Source: PVC group bacterium (GTDB lineage: Bacteria; GCA-001730085; JADFSZ01). Taken from it: a DNA stretch of 6,273 nucleotides. The stretch is from assembly GCA_022560555.1 (NCBI GenBank), contig JADFSZ010000106.1, positions 1 through 6,273 on the forward strand. Reading direction: 5' to 3'. Numbering within the stretch: position 1 is the first letter of the stretch; every line of letters begins with the position of its first letter. Positions 6,217-6,273 of the stretch are shown here, in pieces. The position numbers and the translations under genes are program-made. The notes beneath the pieces were generated by a model. The model saw only the letters and a program-made list of their open reading frames with translations. It was not told where the DNA came from and ran no database searches.

Positions 6217-6264
6217 TTTATATCTCATTTGAAATATTTTGCCATAACCCGGGTTTTTCGTCAA
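6217..6264 (-). promoter_or_regulatory. Candidate sigma70-type promoter region for the TMEM14-like gene
   Basis: Read on the minus strand, TTGACG (complement of 6259-6264) is followed by a 17-nt spacer and then CAAAAT (complement of 6236-6241). A better -10-like TATAAA (complement of 6217-6222) lies 20 nt upstream of the ATG. No Shine-Dalgarno is visible before the ATG at 6196. These are hexamer matches by eye only. Confidence 0.2.
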
Positions 6265-6273
6265 TCATGAAAT

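Noticed and set aside
927-6232. Plus-strand out-of-frame ORFs at 927-1145, 3121-3318, 3628-3885 and 4065-4259, and the plus-strand ORF at 6035-6232 opposite the TMEM14-like gene.
   Set aside because: Each overlaps a better-supported gene in another frame or on the other strand. They have no family-like sequence and no convincing start context, so they are most likely chance ORFs.
6267-6273. ATG at 6267 at the right edge, considered as the start of a further plus-strand gene.
   Set aside because: Only two codons are visible and there is no SD, so it cannot be supported from this window.
1-6273. Search for CRISPR repeats, tRNA/rRNA genes, IS elements or inverted terminal repeats, integrase or transposase motifs, toxin-antitoxin pairs and defence-system signatures.
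   Set aside because: No periodic direct repeats, no cloverleaf-like or rRNA-like segments and no recombinase or nuclease motifs were seen by eye. The window is almost fully occupied by the seven genes described.

Overview
The window holds six co-directional plus-strand genes and one convergent minus-strand gene. The first four are the 3' part of a tightly packed rod-shape (elongasome) operon: mreC (C-terminal part, open to the left edge), mreD, mrdA (class B PBP2 transpeptidase) and rodA (SEDS glycosyltransferase). Their junctions are a 1-nt gap, an ATGA overlap and a 17-nt overlap. A 69-nt spacer follows, with a strong Shine-Dalgarno and no visible terminator. Next comes a two-gene sugar-nucleotide-type module. 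Its first gene is a standalone 119-aa cupin that matches the C-terminal mannose-6-phosphate isomerase domain of bifunctional ManC-type enzymes. Its second gene is a 545-aa protein that I read as a very divergent member of the UDPGP family, i.e. eukaryote-type UDP-sugar pyrophosphorylases. A 105-aa four-helix membrane protein of the TMEM14/UPF0136 type converges on this module, and the two 3' ends overlap by 15 nt. I see no rRNA, tRNA, CRISPR array, transposase, integrase or large repeat. The most interesting content is the cupin plus divergent UDPGP-like pair attached to the cell-wall elongation operon. All family assignments come from motif recognition by eye and need profile or structure searches. 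No taxon can be established from this window.
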